Shown here piece after piece: positions 13,972 through 23,887 of a stretch of DNA of 64,000 bases. The translations under genes and the position numbers were made by a program. Below the pieces are notes generated by a model that saw nothing but the letters and a program-made list of their open reading frames with translations, made no database searches and had not been told where the DNA came from. The stretch is from positions 121,373 through 185,372 of the forward strand of contig CAWIDS010000003.1 of NCBI GenBank assembly GCA_963834935.1, in the 5' to 3' direction. The DNA comes from Candidatus Nomurabacteria bacterium (lineage in GTDB: Bacteria; Patescibacteriota; Minisyncoccia; Phycocordibacterales; CALRBL01). Numbering within the stretch: the stretch's first letter is position 1; each line of letters begins with the position of its first letter.

Positions 13972-14511
13972 TTACATTTTCCGAAATACCAGCCCATAAT
14001 GGTGATCACCTGCGAAAAAATTCTTTTCCTTGACGAAGCCGACGAGGCTTGCGAGCTTTTCCACATGCTCTTCCGTGAAAAGATGATCTGCGCGCGGGCC
14101 GATGCCTTTCTCGCTCTCGCCATTGCGCGCCTTCCAATCGATCACTATCATCTTTCCGCCGTTCTTCAGGATGCGGTATGCATGAGAGAAAACGAACGAC
14201 TTGTCCTTGAGCAAAAAGACGGTGTTTGCGACAAGCACTCGGTCGATCTTTTCGGATGAGAGTATGCCTTCGGGCAATGCAAGGTCAGCCTTGATCACCC
14301 TTATGTGCCCCCATTCATTCTTTTTGGATTCGTTCGAGATTAAAGAAAGCAATTCTTCGTCATTATCAAAAGCATACACCCTTCCATACGGGCCGACGCG
14401 ATGCGCGAGAAGATAAGTGAAATGTCCGGCGCCTGATCCGAAATCGGCGACGTGCATCCCTTCGGCAACATTGAAATGTTCAAGCACTTTTTGAGGATCT
14501 AAGAAAACCAT
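13972..14511 (-). CDS. Class I SAM-dependent methyltransferase
   Basis: VADFGSGAGHF motif I; start set at the ATG 6 nt after TGnTATAAT. Confidence 0.85.
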   Translation of the reverse strand: MVFLDPQKVLEHFNVAEGMHVADFGSGAGHFTYLLAHRVGPYGRVYAFDNDEELLSLISNESKKNEWGHIRVIKADLALPEGILSSEKIDRVLVANTVFLLKDKSFVFSHAYRILKNGGKMIVIDWKARNGESEKGIGPRADHLFTEEHVEKLASLVGFVKEKNFFAGDHHYGLVFRKM

Positions 14512-14548
14512 GTGGCAATTATACCACAAGAATATTTTTTAATTGAGA

Positions 14549-17020
14549 TTACAGGCAGATGACCGAAGCGATACTATCGCCTTCGCGGAGCTTCATGATG
14601 CGCACGCCCTGCGTGTCCCGGCCGAGAGAAGGGATTTCCTTGAGGTCGCAGCGGATGACTTGGCTTTTTTTGGAGATGGCCACTGCTTCTTCGAAGGCAT
14701 CAGTGATGATGCGTGCGGAGATGAGGTCTCCGGTCTTCGCGGTGACCTTGACGGTCTTTATTCCAGAGCCGCCGCGGCCTTGGGTCTTGTATTCGCTGAG
14801 CGGCGTCTTCTTTCCATAGCCATTCTGCGAGACCACTAGAACTTCTCCGTTTTTGTCTGATTTTCGGACGGTATCCGCGCCGACCACCTTCACTCCCTTG
14901 TCGAGACGCATGACGCGTACGCCTCCGGCGCTTCGCCCCATTTCGCGCACATCGTCTTCCTGGAAGCGGATCGACTGGCCGTCTGAAGCCACCACCATTA
15001 TATCGTCTCCTTTTTCAACGAATGAAGCAGATACGAGCTCGTCTTTATCATCAAGCCTGATGGCAATGATTCCGCTTCGACGCACATCGAGAAAACTTTC
15101 AGCAGATACTCGCTTGCCTGTTCCTCCGGCAGTGACAAGGCATAGAGAAAGGTCGCTGCCTTTCTTGATTTCTTTCGGCATAGGAAGGATCGAGGTCACT
15201 TTCTCGTTCTGGCTGATCGATAGGAAGTTCATGATCGATTTTCCGCGGGTAGCCCTTTTACCTTCGGGAATCTCATAAGCTTTGATCTGATACGCCTTTC
15301 CTTTGTCGGTAAAGAAAAGAAGATCGCTATGCGTGCTGGTAGTGATGAAGTGAGTGATGAAGTCCTCTTCTTTGGTATTGAGGTCCATGACGCCGACGCC
15401 GCCGCGCTTCTGCTTGCGGTATTCATCCGGGTCGGTGCGCTTGATGTATCCGCCTGAGGTAAGGACGAGGACGGTTTCGACATCGGGAATGATGTCCTCG
15501 ACGGAAAAGTTCTTGGCATTGTGCTTGACGATCTTGGTGCGGCGCTCATCGCCGTATTTTTCCTTGATCTCCTTGAGCTCATCCTTGATGATACCTATCA
15601 CTTTCTTGGCGCTGGCAAGGATCGATTTCAATTCCTTGATGAGATCCTGCACTGAAGCGAGCTCGTCTTCTACTTTCTTTCGTTCGAGGTTGGCAAGGCG
15701 CTGAAGACGCATCTCGAGGATGGCAGTAGTCTGTCGGTCAGAGAACTTGAATTCCTTAATGAGATTCTTGCCCGCTTCCTCCACGTCTTTCGATGCGCGG
15801 ATGATCTTGATGATCTTGTCGATATGGTCGAGGGCGATCTTCAGGCCGAGAAGGATATGCTCTCGCTCTTCTGCCTTTTTCAAGTCGAACTCAGTGCGCC
15901 GCCGGATGACGGTCTTGCGGTGAGCGACAAATTCCTCAAGGAACGTCTTCAGCGGAATAGTCTGAGGCACGCCATCGACAAGGGCCACTGCATTGATGTG
16001 GAAGGTCTCTTCGAGGCGCGTATGCTTGTATAGAAAGTTCAGAAGCTGTTCGGGATAGGCGCCATTCTTCAGCTCGATGACGATGCGGATGTCGTTTGTC
16101 GATTCATCGCGAAGCTCTCGGATGCCCTCCACTTTTTTCTCGCGATGAAGGTCGGCAATCGAGGTGATCAGGTCAGCCTTGTTCACGCGATAAGGAATAG
16201 AAGTGATGATGATCGATGCCTTGCCCGCCTTGTCTTCGACAATCTCCGCTTCACCTCGCACGAGAATTCCTCCTTTGCCATTCGCATAGGCATGAGCAAT
16301 GTCCTTCGCACCGAAAGCGATGCCGCCAGTCGGAAAATCAGGACCTTTGATGAATTCAAGAAGGTCTTCAGTAGTGGCATCGGGATTATCCACAAGATGG
16401 GTAGTTGCATCGACAACCTCGCTCAGATTGTGAGGAGGGATATTCGAAGCCATGCCGACGGCGATGCCGAGCGTGCCGTTCAGGAGAAGATTGGGGACGG
16501 CGGTCGGAAGGACGACTGGCTCCCTCTTGGTGCCGTCGTAGTTCGGCCGATAGTCGACTGTGTCCTTCTCAATGTCACGAAGAAGCTCAGCGGACATGCG
16601 CGACATTTTTGCCTCGGTATAACGCATGGCCGCAGGACTGTCGCCATCGACGCTTCCGAAGTTTCCTTGTCCGAGCACGAGAGGGTATCTCATGGTAAAG
16701 GTCTGAGCCATGTTGACCATCGAGTCATAAATCGCGACGTCTCCATGCGGGTGATAATTTCCCATCACTTCTCCGACTACTGCTGATGATTTTCGATTTT
16801 TGCCGCCGGCAGTCAGGCCGATTTCGTGCATAGCGAAAAGGATGCGGCGATGCACTGGCTTCAATCCATCGCGGATATCGGGAAGCGCGCGATCTGTAAT
16901 GACCGACATGGCATAATCGATGAACGATTCGCGCATCTCGGTGGAGAAATTCCGCGAAACAACGCTCTGCCGCTCGGGAATAATAGCCTCTTCTGCCGGT
17001 TTTTTAGGTTTCTTATCCAT
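14549..17020 (-). CDS. gyrA: DNA gyrase subunit A
   Basis: [29 protein letters not shown], GyrA-box-like QKRGGVG and C-terminal beta-pinwheel repeats. Confidence 0.97.
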   Translation of the reverse strand: MDKKPKKPAEEAIIPERQSVVSRNFSTEMRESFIDYAMSVITDRALPDIRDGLKPVHRRILFAMHEIGLTAGGKNRKSSAVVGEVMGNYHPHGDVAIYDSMVNMAQTFTMRYPLVLGQGNFGSVDGDSPAAMRYTEAKMSRMSAELLRDIEKDTVDYRPNYDGTKREPVVLPTAVPNLLLNGTLGIAVGMASNIPPHNLSEVVDATTHLVDNPDATTEDLLEFIKGPDFPTGGIAFGAKDIAHAYANGKGGILVRGEAEIVEDKAGKASIIITSIPYRVNKADLITSIADLHREKKVEGIRELRDESTNDIRIVIELKNGAYPEQLLNFLYKHTRLEETFHINAVALVDGVPQTIPLKTFLEEFVAHRKTVIRRRTEFDLKKAEEREHILLGLKIALDHIDKIIKIIRASKDVEEAGKNLIKEFKFSDRQTTAILEMRLQRLANLERKKVEDELASVQDLIKELKSILASAKKVIGIIKDELKEIKEKYGDERRTKIVKHNAKNFSVEDIIPDVETVLVLTSGGYIKRTDPDEYRKQKRGGVGVMDLNTKEEDFITHFITTSTHSDLLFFTDKGKAYQIKAYEIPEGKRATRGKSIMNFLSISQNEKVTSILPMPKEIKKGSDLSLCLVTAGGTGKRVSAESFLDVRRSGIIAIRLDDKDELVSASFVEKGDDIMVVASDGQSIRFQEDDVREMGRSAGGVRVMRLDKGVKVVGADTVRKSDKNGEVLVVSQNGYGKKTPLSEYKTQGRGGSGIKTVKVTAKTGDLISARIITDAFEEAVAISKKSQVIRCDLKEIPSLGRDTQGVRIMKLREGDSIASVICL

Positions 17021-17042
17021 AAATTAGTCTGTCTATCTTATC

Positions 17043-17342
17043 TTAATTCGGCACATATTCCAAGGTGGCGGTGCTGCTTGCCTGCTGATCGCGATCGAAA
17101 TGAACCTTCGAGCCGGTGATTCCTTCATAGACATTGGCTACTCCCTGCTTAAATACTTGGAATGGGCTGTTCTCGGAATTGATCGTCGCTACCTGGACAT
17201 TTTGCAAAGAATCAGTATTGAAATATGAAAAGGAAGAATACCAGAAAAGAGCGATTATCACGGTGATGCCAGCGCTGACACCGACAGCGATGCGCTTTCG
17301 GTGATGAAGTGGTTTGGCTCGAAGATGTTCGATATATTTCAT
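17043..17342 (-). CDS. Hypothetical single-TM protein
   Basis: 99-aa ORF co-oriented between the MBL gene and gyrA. Confidence 0.7.
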   Translation of the reverse strand: MKYIEHLRAKPLHHRKRIAVGVSAGITVIIALFWYSSFSYFNTDSLQNVQVATINSENSPFQVFKQGVANVYEGITGSKVHFDRDQQASSTATLEYVPN

Positions 17343-17347
17343 ATTTT

Positions 17348-17974
17348 TTATTTGGCGATTTTTAATACGACGATCTGGCCCTGCTTGCCTTCGATATCTT
17401 TCTTCTTGATAGTGAGCTTTTCAACCATATCTGCCGCCTGCTGGCTTCCCTCCTTGAGAAAAGTAGCGAGAGTCTTTTCGTTATAATGCATGGGAATGAT
17501 GAGCTTCGGCTCGAATGAGACAGCAAGCTGATAGGCTGAAGCTGGATCCAAGACACCTTCGCCTCCTACTGGCACGAAAAGAACATCTACTTCGCCGATC
17601 GCTTCCCTTGTCTCGGCATTCAGTGTCTTTGAGTTCTGGGCACCAAGGAAGCAGATCTTGATGCCATCAAGCGTGATCGTATATATTGTATTGATCTTTT
17701 CTTTTCCTCCATATGAAGTGACTCCCGGCAAGCCCCTGATGAACACCTCTTTTATCTCATACTCGCCAGGACCTTGGACGACGAAAGGCTTCTTCTCACC
17801 GTAAACCATCTCCTCTACTCCATTCATGTCTTCATGCCTGACGGATGAAAGGGCAATATCAGCGCCAAAGCGTGAGATTTTAATAGTGGAATCTTTTGAA
17901 GGAGGGTTCATTGCCAAAGCCAGATCCCCGACTTGCAGTTTGAAGAATTCGAGCCCTTGGTAGGTAATAATCAT
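17348..17974 (-). CDS. MBL-fold metallo-hydrolase-like protein
   Basis: MIITYQGLEFFK, GPGEYEIK, VDVLFVPVGG, PKLIIPMHY; the metal motif is degenerate (SVRHEDMN). Confidence 0.8.
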   Translation of the reverse strand: MIITYQGLEFFKLQVGDLALAMNPPSKDSTIKISRFGADIALSSVRHEDMNGVEEMVYGEKKPFVVQGPGEYEIKEVFIRGLPGVTSYGGKEKINTIYTITLDGIKICFLGAQNSKTLNAETREAIGEVDVLFVPVGGEGVLDPASAYQLAVSFEPKLIIPMHYNEKTLATFLKEGSQQAADMVEKLTIKKKDIEGKQGQIVVLKIAK

Positions 17975-18068
17975 GAAGGAATAATAGCACAGTGTATTTA
18001 CAAGTAAAAGAGAATATTTTAAACATCCTCCCAAGTGAGAATCAATTATTTCTTAAAGAATTGGTTTA

Positions 18069-18077
18069 TGGTATAAT
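18069..18077 (+). promoter_or_regulatory. Extended -10 promoter for the intergenic ncRNA
   Basis: TGgTATAAT; predicted start near 18083-18084. Confidence 0.75.
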
Positions 18078-18082
18078 TGCGC

Positions 18083-18351
18083 CAGGTGCCCCGCTGGACA
18101 TTTAATGGGGAAGCGAACGCATGTGTAACTAGAATAGTCGAGAAGTGGGGGTGATTTGCCGAAAGGTAAAAACAAACCGCATGTGGCCCCTCTCTATATG
18201 AGAGGACGTTAAAGTCTGTTGTTCACGCAGCAGATGCTTCTTGATGGGCTCATGTCCCGTAGCCTGTTGGTGGAGGTAATGGCTCACCAAAGCTTCGACG
18301 GGTAGTCGATGGTTGAAAAATCATTGACCTTCAATCAGCCAAAAACACCTG
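18083..18351 (+). ncRNA. Candidate structured ncRNA homologous to the 16S rRNA 5' domain (h7-h12)
   Basis: 16S-like blocks (gggggtgatttgccgaaaggtaaaaacaaaccgcat; gttggtggaggtaatggctcaccaa) with pairing retained in h7-h12 equivalents; closing stem caggtg/cacctg; own promoter and terminator. Confidence 0.75.
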
Positions 18352-18385
18352 CCGCGCAGCCTTCGGGCTGCGCGGTCCTTTTTTT
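18352..18385 (+). terminator. Intrinsic terminator
   Basis: ccgcgcagcc-TTCG-ggctgcgcgg followed by T7. Confidence 0.88.
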
Positions 18386-18516
18386 ATATTTCGCTTGCTT
18401 TCTTGCTTCTTGCGGCCTTTTGTGTAAAATCTACCTATTAATCAGTGCTTCTCGGTAACCCCGCCCTTGTCTCGATAGCTACGCAGGCGGAACCGTCTTG
18501 TACAACAAATATATAT

Positions 18517-19629
18517 ATGGTTACAACAGAAGAAAAGTTGGAAGAAAGTGCAGTAGTCGAGACAAAGAAATTGAGTTTGATGGATAAGTTTCTCTTGGAA
18601 AGCGTTACCCCTCCTGCAGAAGGAGACATCGTCGAAGGTCCGGTTATCGAGGCGCGAAAGGATCGCGTATTCGTCGATTTGCATCCCTATGGAACTGGTA
18701 TCATTTTCGGACGGGAATTCATCAATGCCCGCGACATCATACGGAAGGTCAACATCGGCGATAATATCGCAGCTAAGGTCATTTCCGTAGAAAACGACGA
18801 GGGTTACATCGAGCTTTCGCTCAAGGAAGCAAAGCAAGCGCTCATCTGGAGCGATGCCGAAGCAGCTATCCGCGACAAGACGACCTTCGACCTTGCAGTT
18901 GTCGAGGCAAACAAGGGAGGACTTATCCTCTCATGGCAAGGAATTCAGGGATTCCTTCCCGCTTCGCAGCTCAAGAACGATCACTACCCTCGCGTAGCGG
19001 ACGGCGACAAGGATCGCATTCTCGAAGAGCTCAGAAAATTAGTCGGAACCAAGATTCCAGTCATAATCATTTCCGCTCTTCCCAAGGAAGGAAAATTGAT
19101 CTTCTCAGAAAAAGATCCTGAATCGAAAGAAAAAGAAAAGATCGTCAGCAAATACGAAGTCGGAGAGGAATTGAACGGTGTTGTCACCGGTATCGTTGAT
19201 TTCGGAGTGTTCGTCAAAGTGGAAGAAGGCCTTGAAGGGCTTGTCCACATCTCTGAGATAGACTGGGCTCTCGTCGAGGATCCGAGAGCACTCTTCAAAG
19301 TCGGCGACAAGGTGAAAGTGAAGGTCATCGAGATCAAGGAAAACAAGATTTCCCTCTCAATCAAAGCCCTCAAGGAGAATCCTTGGAAAGGCGCCGAGAA
19401 GAAATACAAGAAAGATGACATCGTCGAAGGCGTCGTCATCAAGTTCAACCGCCATGGCGCGCTTGCTTCGATAGAAGAAGGTATCGCCGGACTCGTGCAC
19501 GTATCCGAATTTGGCAGCGAAGAAAAGCTCCGATCGACTCTCGAGCTCGGAAAGTCATACACCTTCAAGATCAGCCTCTTCGAGGCGAAGGATCAGAAGA
19601 TGACACTGTCGTTCGTCGAAAAGAAATAA
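18517..19629 (+). CDS. rpsA: 30S ribosomal protein S1 (4 S1 domains)
   Basis: Repeated S1 motifs (QGFLPASQL, DFGVFV...EGLVHISEI, GLVHVSEF). A possible own promoter, TGnTAAAAT, lies at 18422-18430. Confidence 0.9.
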   Translation: MVTTEEKLEESAVVETKKLSLMDKFLLESVTPPAEGDIVEGPVIEARKDRVFVDLHPYGTGIIFGREFINARDIIRKVNIGDNIAAKVISVENDEGYIELSLKEAKQALIWSDAEAAIRDKTTFDLAVVEANKGGLILSWQGIQGFLPASQLKNDHYPRVADGDKDRILEELRKLVGTKIPVIIISALPKEGKLIFSEKDPESKEKEKIVSKYEVGEELNGVVTGIVDFGVFVKVEEGLEGLVHISEIDWALVEDPRALFKVGDKVKVKVIEIKENKISLSIKALKENPWKGAEKKYKKDDIVEGVVIKFNRHGALASIEEGIAGLVHVSEFGSEEKLRSTLELGKSYTFKISLFEAKDQKMTLSFVEKK

Positions 19630-19633
19630 GCAA

Positions 19634-19678
19634 AATAAAAAATAGCCGTAAGTGAGTGTATTACGGCTATTTTTTATT
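19634..19678. terminator. Bidirectional terminator between rpsA and pth
   Basis: aataaaaaatagccgtaa ... ttacggctattttttatt between convergent genes. Confidence 0.8.
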
Positions 19679-20267
19679 GGTTGAACTCGCTCATCGCTTT
19701 TTGCAAATCGTACTCGAAGACCACCTTGAGCGCTTCGTTTATCTTCTTGGCTTGCTTCTTCAGCGTATCAAGCTCCGGCTTCTTGAATTGGCCGAGGATG
19801 CATTTCTCCACGGCTTGCTCGCCTTGAGGCTTCTTGGCTTTTCCTTTGGGAGTGCTGGGAGAGATGCCGATGCGTATGCGGGCGAACTTCTCAGTCTTCA
19901 GCGCCTTGATGATTGATTCCAGTCCACGATGTCCTCCGCTTCCGCGGTTGAATGACATCTTCATTGTGCCGAGTGGCAAGTCGAGATCGTCGTAGATGAC
20001 GATGAGCTTTTCTGCTTTCTTTTCGCTCGCGATGAGAGGCTTCAGCGCATTTCCCGACCGGTTCATGAATGTCTCTGGCTCGACGAGAGTCATTTTCTCA
20101 TTCTCAATCTTTCCTTTTGAGACAAGCGCATTCAGTTTCTTGTCGAGCTTCCATTCCGAAAAATCATTCGCTTTCTTTATGTGCTCAAGAATGATCCTGC
20201 CGGTATTGTGCCGAGTAAACTGATATTCTTCTCCCGGATTTCCGAGACCCGCGATTATATATGGCAT
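19674..20267 (-). CDS. pth: Peptidyl-tRNA hydrolase
   Basis: IAGLGNPGEEYQFTRHN, PETFMNRSG, YDDLDLP, GSGGHRG. Confidence 0.95.
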   Translation of the reverse strand: MPYIIAGLGNPGEEYQFTRHNTGRIILEHIKKANDFSEWKLDKKLNALVSKGKIENEKMTLVEPETFMNRSGNALKPLIASEKKAEKLIVIYDDLDLPLGTMKMSFNRGSGGHRGLESIIKALKTEKFARIRIGISPSTPKGKAKKPQGEQAVEKCILGQFKKPELDTLKKQAKKINEALKVVFEYDLQKAMSEFNQ

Positions 20268-20368
20268 GGGGGAAGCATAACATACGCGCCGACGCTTGCG
20301 CCATTCATATACTCCATACTACAATACATCAATCTCCGCGGCGGAGTTAATTTTAATTCAAATAATTT

Positions 20369-21001
20369 ATGGAAGAAATACAGCCAGTAGAGAAAAAGCA
20401 GACAAAAGCATCCCTGGCGAAAGAAATTTTCAGCTTTGCGCTCATCGTCATCGTCATCATCCTCCCGATTCGCCTTTTCGTCGCGCAGCCTTTCATCGTC
20501 GTCGGCACTTCGATGGAACCCACCTTCCTCAACGGCCAGTATCTCATCGTGGACGAGCTGACTTACCATTTCAATCCTCCGCAGCGCGGCGACGTCATCG
20601 TCTTCAAATTCGACAGCAATCCCGCAAGCAGCCAGGATGCGCCAGCCAATCCGAGTGATCCTTCCAAATATTTCATCAAGCGCATCATCGGACTTCCCGG
20701 CGAGACAGTGGATATACAGAATGGCAAAGTAACCATCTTCAACAACAAAAATCCTGAAGGGTTCGTGCTCGATGAGCCATACATAAACAATCCGCCGACG
20801 AACACTATCCATGTGACCGTCCAGCCTGGCGATTACTTCGTCATGGGAGACAATCGCGCCGTCAGTTTCGATTCTCGCTCATGGGGATTGCTTAATGGAC
20901 AGAAGATAATCGGAAGAGTCTTTCTCCGCCTCTTGCCTCCTCAAAAGATAGGAATCCTTCCTGGAAACAGCGCAGGAGATTACAGCAATGAAAAAAAGTA
21001 A
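20369..21001 (+). CDS. lepB: Signal peptidase I
   Basis: GTSMEPT, RGDVIVF, FIKRIIGLPGE, YFVMGDNRAVSFDSRSWG. Confidence 0.95.
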   Translation: MEEIQPVEKKQTKASLAKEIFSFALIVIVIILPIRLFVAQPFIVVGTSMEPTFLNGQYLIVDELTYHFNPPQRGDVIVFKFDSNPASSQDAPANPSDPSKYFIKRIIGLPGETVDIQNGKVTIFNNKNPEGFVLDEPYINNPPTNTIHVTVQPGDYFVMGDNRAVSFDSRSWGLLNGQKIIGRVFLRLLPPQKIGILPGNSAGDYSNEKK

Positions 21002-22187
21002 TATCAAGACAAGGCCTAAGAAAAAAGAGCTTTTCCCCTCATACATAAGGACCTCTTCCTTTTACGGCTTCTTGAGCGCCTCCGAGTACATAAAGGATTT
21101 CAATGTCAGCAAGAAAGATGTTGCCAAGACGAAATTGATTCCCTGCTCGCACAAGTCCGAAGGTTATCTTGAGGAAAAGATCGCATTGATGCGGCTCTTT
21201 TTGGAAAAGAAAATGAATGCCCTGCCTCAGCCGATCATGCTTTTCTACCGGAGTCCGTTCGGTTTCGAAGACAAGACCGTCTCCTACGCCCATCACGCTC
21301 CCACTTTCAACCTCGACATCATAGGAAATCCTAAAAGCATCGCTGATGCCATGATCATCGAGACTTCCTACGTCATTTCGCAGGAGGAATACAAGGATTG
21401 CGAGCTGACTGTGGAGATAAATACCGTCGGCGACAAGGATTCGCTGGCGCGCCTACGCCGAGAACTGACCATCTTCTACAAGAAGAACTGGCGCGAGGTT
21501 CCCGCTGACATCAAGCCTCTCTACAAAAAGGATATCTTCGAATCATTCCGCACTCATGACAAAAAATGCGCAGCGCTCCGCGAGCGCGGCCCTGATCCTC
21601 TCCGCTGCCTTTCCGAAAACAGCCGGAAGCATTTCAAGGAAGTGCTTGAGTATCTCGAAAGCCTCTGCATTCCCTATTCCATGAATCATGGCCTTACCGG
21701 CGACTTGGCATATGGCAGCGACACGGTTTTCGAGATCAAGGCTTTAAACAGGAAGACCAGCGAAGAAAAAGTGGTCGCCAACGGCCAGCGTTACAATGCC
21801 GTCGCCCGGAAATTCTGGGGAAAGAAGGATGTGCCTTCGATCGGCGCCAATATCAAGATCAAGAATCATCTCCTGGAATGCAAAAGTGACCTCAAGGAAA
21901 AGAAATACAAGCTTTACTTCATCCAGCTCGGCTTTGAAGCCAAGCTCAAGAGCATGCAAGTGCTCGAGATGCTTCGCAAATCGAAGATCGACGTCTACCA
22001 GTCGCTCTCGAAAGACAAGATGACTGCCCAGATCGGCTTGGCCGAAAAAATGCAGATTCCCTACATCATTATCATGGGCCAGAAGGAAGCCATGGAAAAC
22101 AGCGTCGTTGTTCGCAACATGAATACCCGCTCACAAGACACCGTCCCGCTTGAGGAACTGATCGGATATATAAGGAAGCTGAAGTAA
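20988..22187 (+). CDS. HisRS-like protein with a degenerate catalytic core and intact anticodon-binding domain
   Basis: HisRS-like blocks (FNLDIIG, VEINTVGD, HFKEVLEYLE, IPYIIIMGQKE), but no FRxERPQ or GGRYD. Confidence 0.75.
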   Translation: MKKSNIKTRPKKKELFPSYIRTSSFYGFLSASEYIKDFNVSKKDVAKTKLIPCSHKSEGYLEEKIALMRLFLEKKMNALPQPIMLFYRSPFGFEDKTVSYAHHAPTFNLDIIGNPKSIADAMIIETSYVISQEEYKDCELTVEINTVGDKDSLARLRRELTIFYKKNWREVPADIKPLYKKDIFESFRTHDKKCAALRERGPDPLRCLSENSRKHFKEVLEYLESLCIPYSMNHGLTGDLAYGSDTVFEIKALNRKTSEEKVVANGQRYNAVARKFWGKKDVPSIGANIKIKNHLLECKSDLKEKKYKLYFIQLGFEAKLKSMQVLEMLRKSKIDVYQSLSKDKMTAQIGLAEKMQIPYIIIMGQKEAMENSVVVRNMNTRSQDTVPLEELIGYIRKLK

Positions 22188-22261
22188 GAATTAAAATCGG
22201 GCAATAAAAAAGCCGCGAGTAATACTCGCGGCGAAAGTCAGAATGACTTCATCAACTGATG

Positions 22262-22888
22262 CTAGATAAAAAGAGCTTCCTCAACGTGAGCCTTCATCAT
22301 ATCCCGAACAGCTTCGGATGACATAAAGACCGGAATGCCCGCCAGACGGAATTGCAAGGCTAAGGCTGGATCGTCAGTCCGCACATAGGGCGTCTTGAGA
22401 AACCATTCGCTGTCCTTGTCGCTCTGGATCACGAGATTCCGAGCCAGCATTATGCCCGAAAGCTCGAGACCTTTTTCCAGCTTCAGCCATGCAAGCTCGA
22501 GGTCGTAGCGTGTTACCTCGAGGTCGCGAAGGCAGACGGTGCCTAGCGTGCACCCCCAAAACTTCAGGCTTTCCATCTTGCCGCCCGAAAGAGAAGCATG
22601 CGTGCCGGAACAGCGATCGACACTGAGACCTTTGAGGAAATTCGTGTTCCGGGAGGAAAGCGAAAGATGCTCGAAGTTCTCAATTGTCACCGCCCCCATG
22701 AAGTTGATGTTTTCAAAGCGGATCGAATTGATCTTTCCTTTCTGAAACTTCTTTTCCGGAAAGACTATTTTTTTGCCGTCCAGTCTTACGTCATCTTGAA
22801 CGGTGAGGGTCTGGCCAATGGAGATCTTGTCCCCGACCAGTTTTTCAATGAACTCAGCGGCGCTGAGCAGGGTTTTGTTTTGTATCAT
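22262..22888 (-). CDS. Hypothetical protein (possible beta-helix/solenoid)
   Basis: ~208-aa ORF with periodic hydrophobic-polar strands. Confidence 0.6.
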   Translation of the reverse strand: MIQNKTLLSAAEFIEKLVGDKISIGQTLTVQDDVRLDGKKIVFPEKKFQKGKINSIRFENINFMGAVTIENFEHLSLSSRNTNFLKGLSVDRCSGTHASLSGGKMESLKFWGCTLGTVCLRDLEVTRYDLELAWLKLEKGLELSGIMLARNLVIQSDKDSEWFLKTPYVRTDDPALALQFRLAGIPVFMSSEAVRDMMKAHVEEALFI

Positions 22889-22959
22889 GTGTATTTGCTC
22901 CTGAGGAAAAACTACCAGCATTTTTAGACTACGTCAATATATGCTATCCTTGCCACAGA

Positions 22960-23160
22960 ATGCACTACGTTTCCCCAACCCACACCTCTGACGGAGTCGA
23001 ATGGCTTAAAAGGATAAACAGGATGTTCGGGCCTGATGCCCCACACTCGACATTGTTCGAAGATGTCGACCGGAGGCTTGCCTCCCAATCCGCCTCGGGC
23101 GAGCTTGCTCGATTAACCGCCCACGAAGAGCAAGGAATCTTCAGCAATTTGCTGCACTGA
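22960..23160 (+). CDS. Small hypothetical protein
   Basis: 66 aa, preceded by TGcTATCCT and followed by a terminator at 23181-23204. Confidence 0.55.
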   Translation: MHYVSPTHTSDGVEWLKRINRMFGPDAPHSTLFEDVDRRLASQSASGELARLTAHEEQGIFSNLLH

Positions 23161-23180
23161 TTCCAGTCCCCCTTCCTTCT

Positions 23181-23204
23181 GCCCGCATCAAGCGGGCTTT
23201 TTTT
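23181..23204 (+). terminator. Intrinsic terminator
   Basis: gcccgc-atcaa-gcgggc plus T7. Confidence 0.7.
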
Positions 23205-23247
23205 ATAGTTGCATCCCCACAAGAGGTGTGTTAATCTATCCGGACAT

Positions 23248-23484
23248 ATGATCAACGTAGAAGTAGAGCGAAATCCAAACGAGAACAATGCGAATATCAT
23301 CCGCAAATTCACTAAGCGCGTGCAGGAAGCAGGCATCTTGAACCGCGTCCGCAGCCTCCGTTACCACGAGCGCCCAGCATCGAAATACGTGCGCAAAAAG
23401 AAGACTCTCAAATCTATCGGCCGACGAAAGGAAATGGATCTCCAGATCAAGCTCGGAAAAGCCCGCGCATACCCATCGCGATAA
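23248..23484 (+). CDS. rpsU: 30S ribosomal protein S21
   Basis: NENNANIIRKFTKRVQEAGIL...YHERPASKYVRKKK. Confidence 0.8.
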   Translation: MINVEVERNPNENNANIIRKFTKRVQEAGILNRVRSLRYHERPASKYVRKKKTLKSIGRRKEMDLQIKLGKARAYPSR

Positions 23485-23499
23485 GATACTGAATAGAAA

Positions 23500-23880
23500 A
23501 TGCTGTCTTTTTCCCAGACCGTAAAAAACAATCCGATAAAGAACGGATTGTTTTTTCGTAACGCCCTCGAGAAAGTACTCGGGAAAAAATACGAGCTCTC
23601 GCTCGTCTTCATCGGCGACAAGCTCTCACGCCGATTGAACAAAACCCATCGCGGCATCAACAAGCCGACCGATATCCTTTCCTTCACTCTCGACAAGGAA
23701 TCCGGAGAAATTTTCATCAATCTCAATTACTCAAAGAAAAAAGCGAAGCAATTCGATCGCGAATTCCAGAACTACATCAAATTCTTGTTTATCCACGGCT
23801 TGTTCCATTTGAAAGGTTACGAACATAGTAGTAGAATGGAAAGCGAAGAAATAAGAATCAGAAAACTTTTTAACATATAA
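23500..23880 (+). CDS. ybeY: rRNA maturation RNase YbeY
   Basis: NKPTDILSF, GEIFI, IHGLFHLKGYEH. Confidence 0.93.
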   Translation: MLSFSQTVKNNPIKNGLFFRNALEKVLGKKYELSLVFIGDKLSRRLNKTHRGINKPTDILSFTLDKESGEIFINLNYSKKKAKQFDREFQNYIKFLFIHGLFHLKGYEHSSRMESEEIRIRKLFNI

Positions 23881-23887
23881 AAACTAA

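Noticed and set aside
18083-18351. A true 16S rRNA gene
   Set aside because: Only ~200 nt resemble 16S, flanking universal motifs (AGAGTTTGATC, CCTACGGGAGGCAGCAG) are missing, and a terminator follows immediately. Reported as an ncRNA candidate instead.
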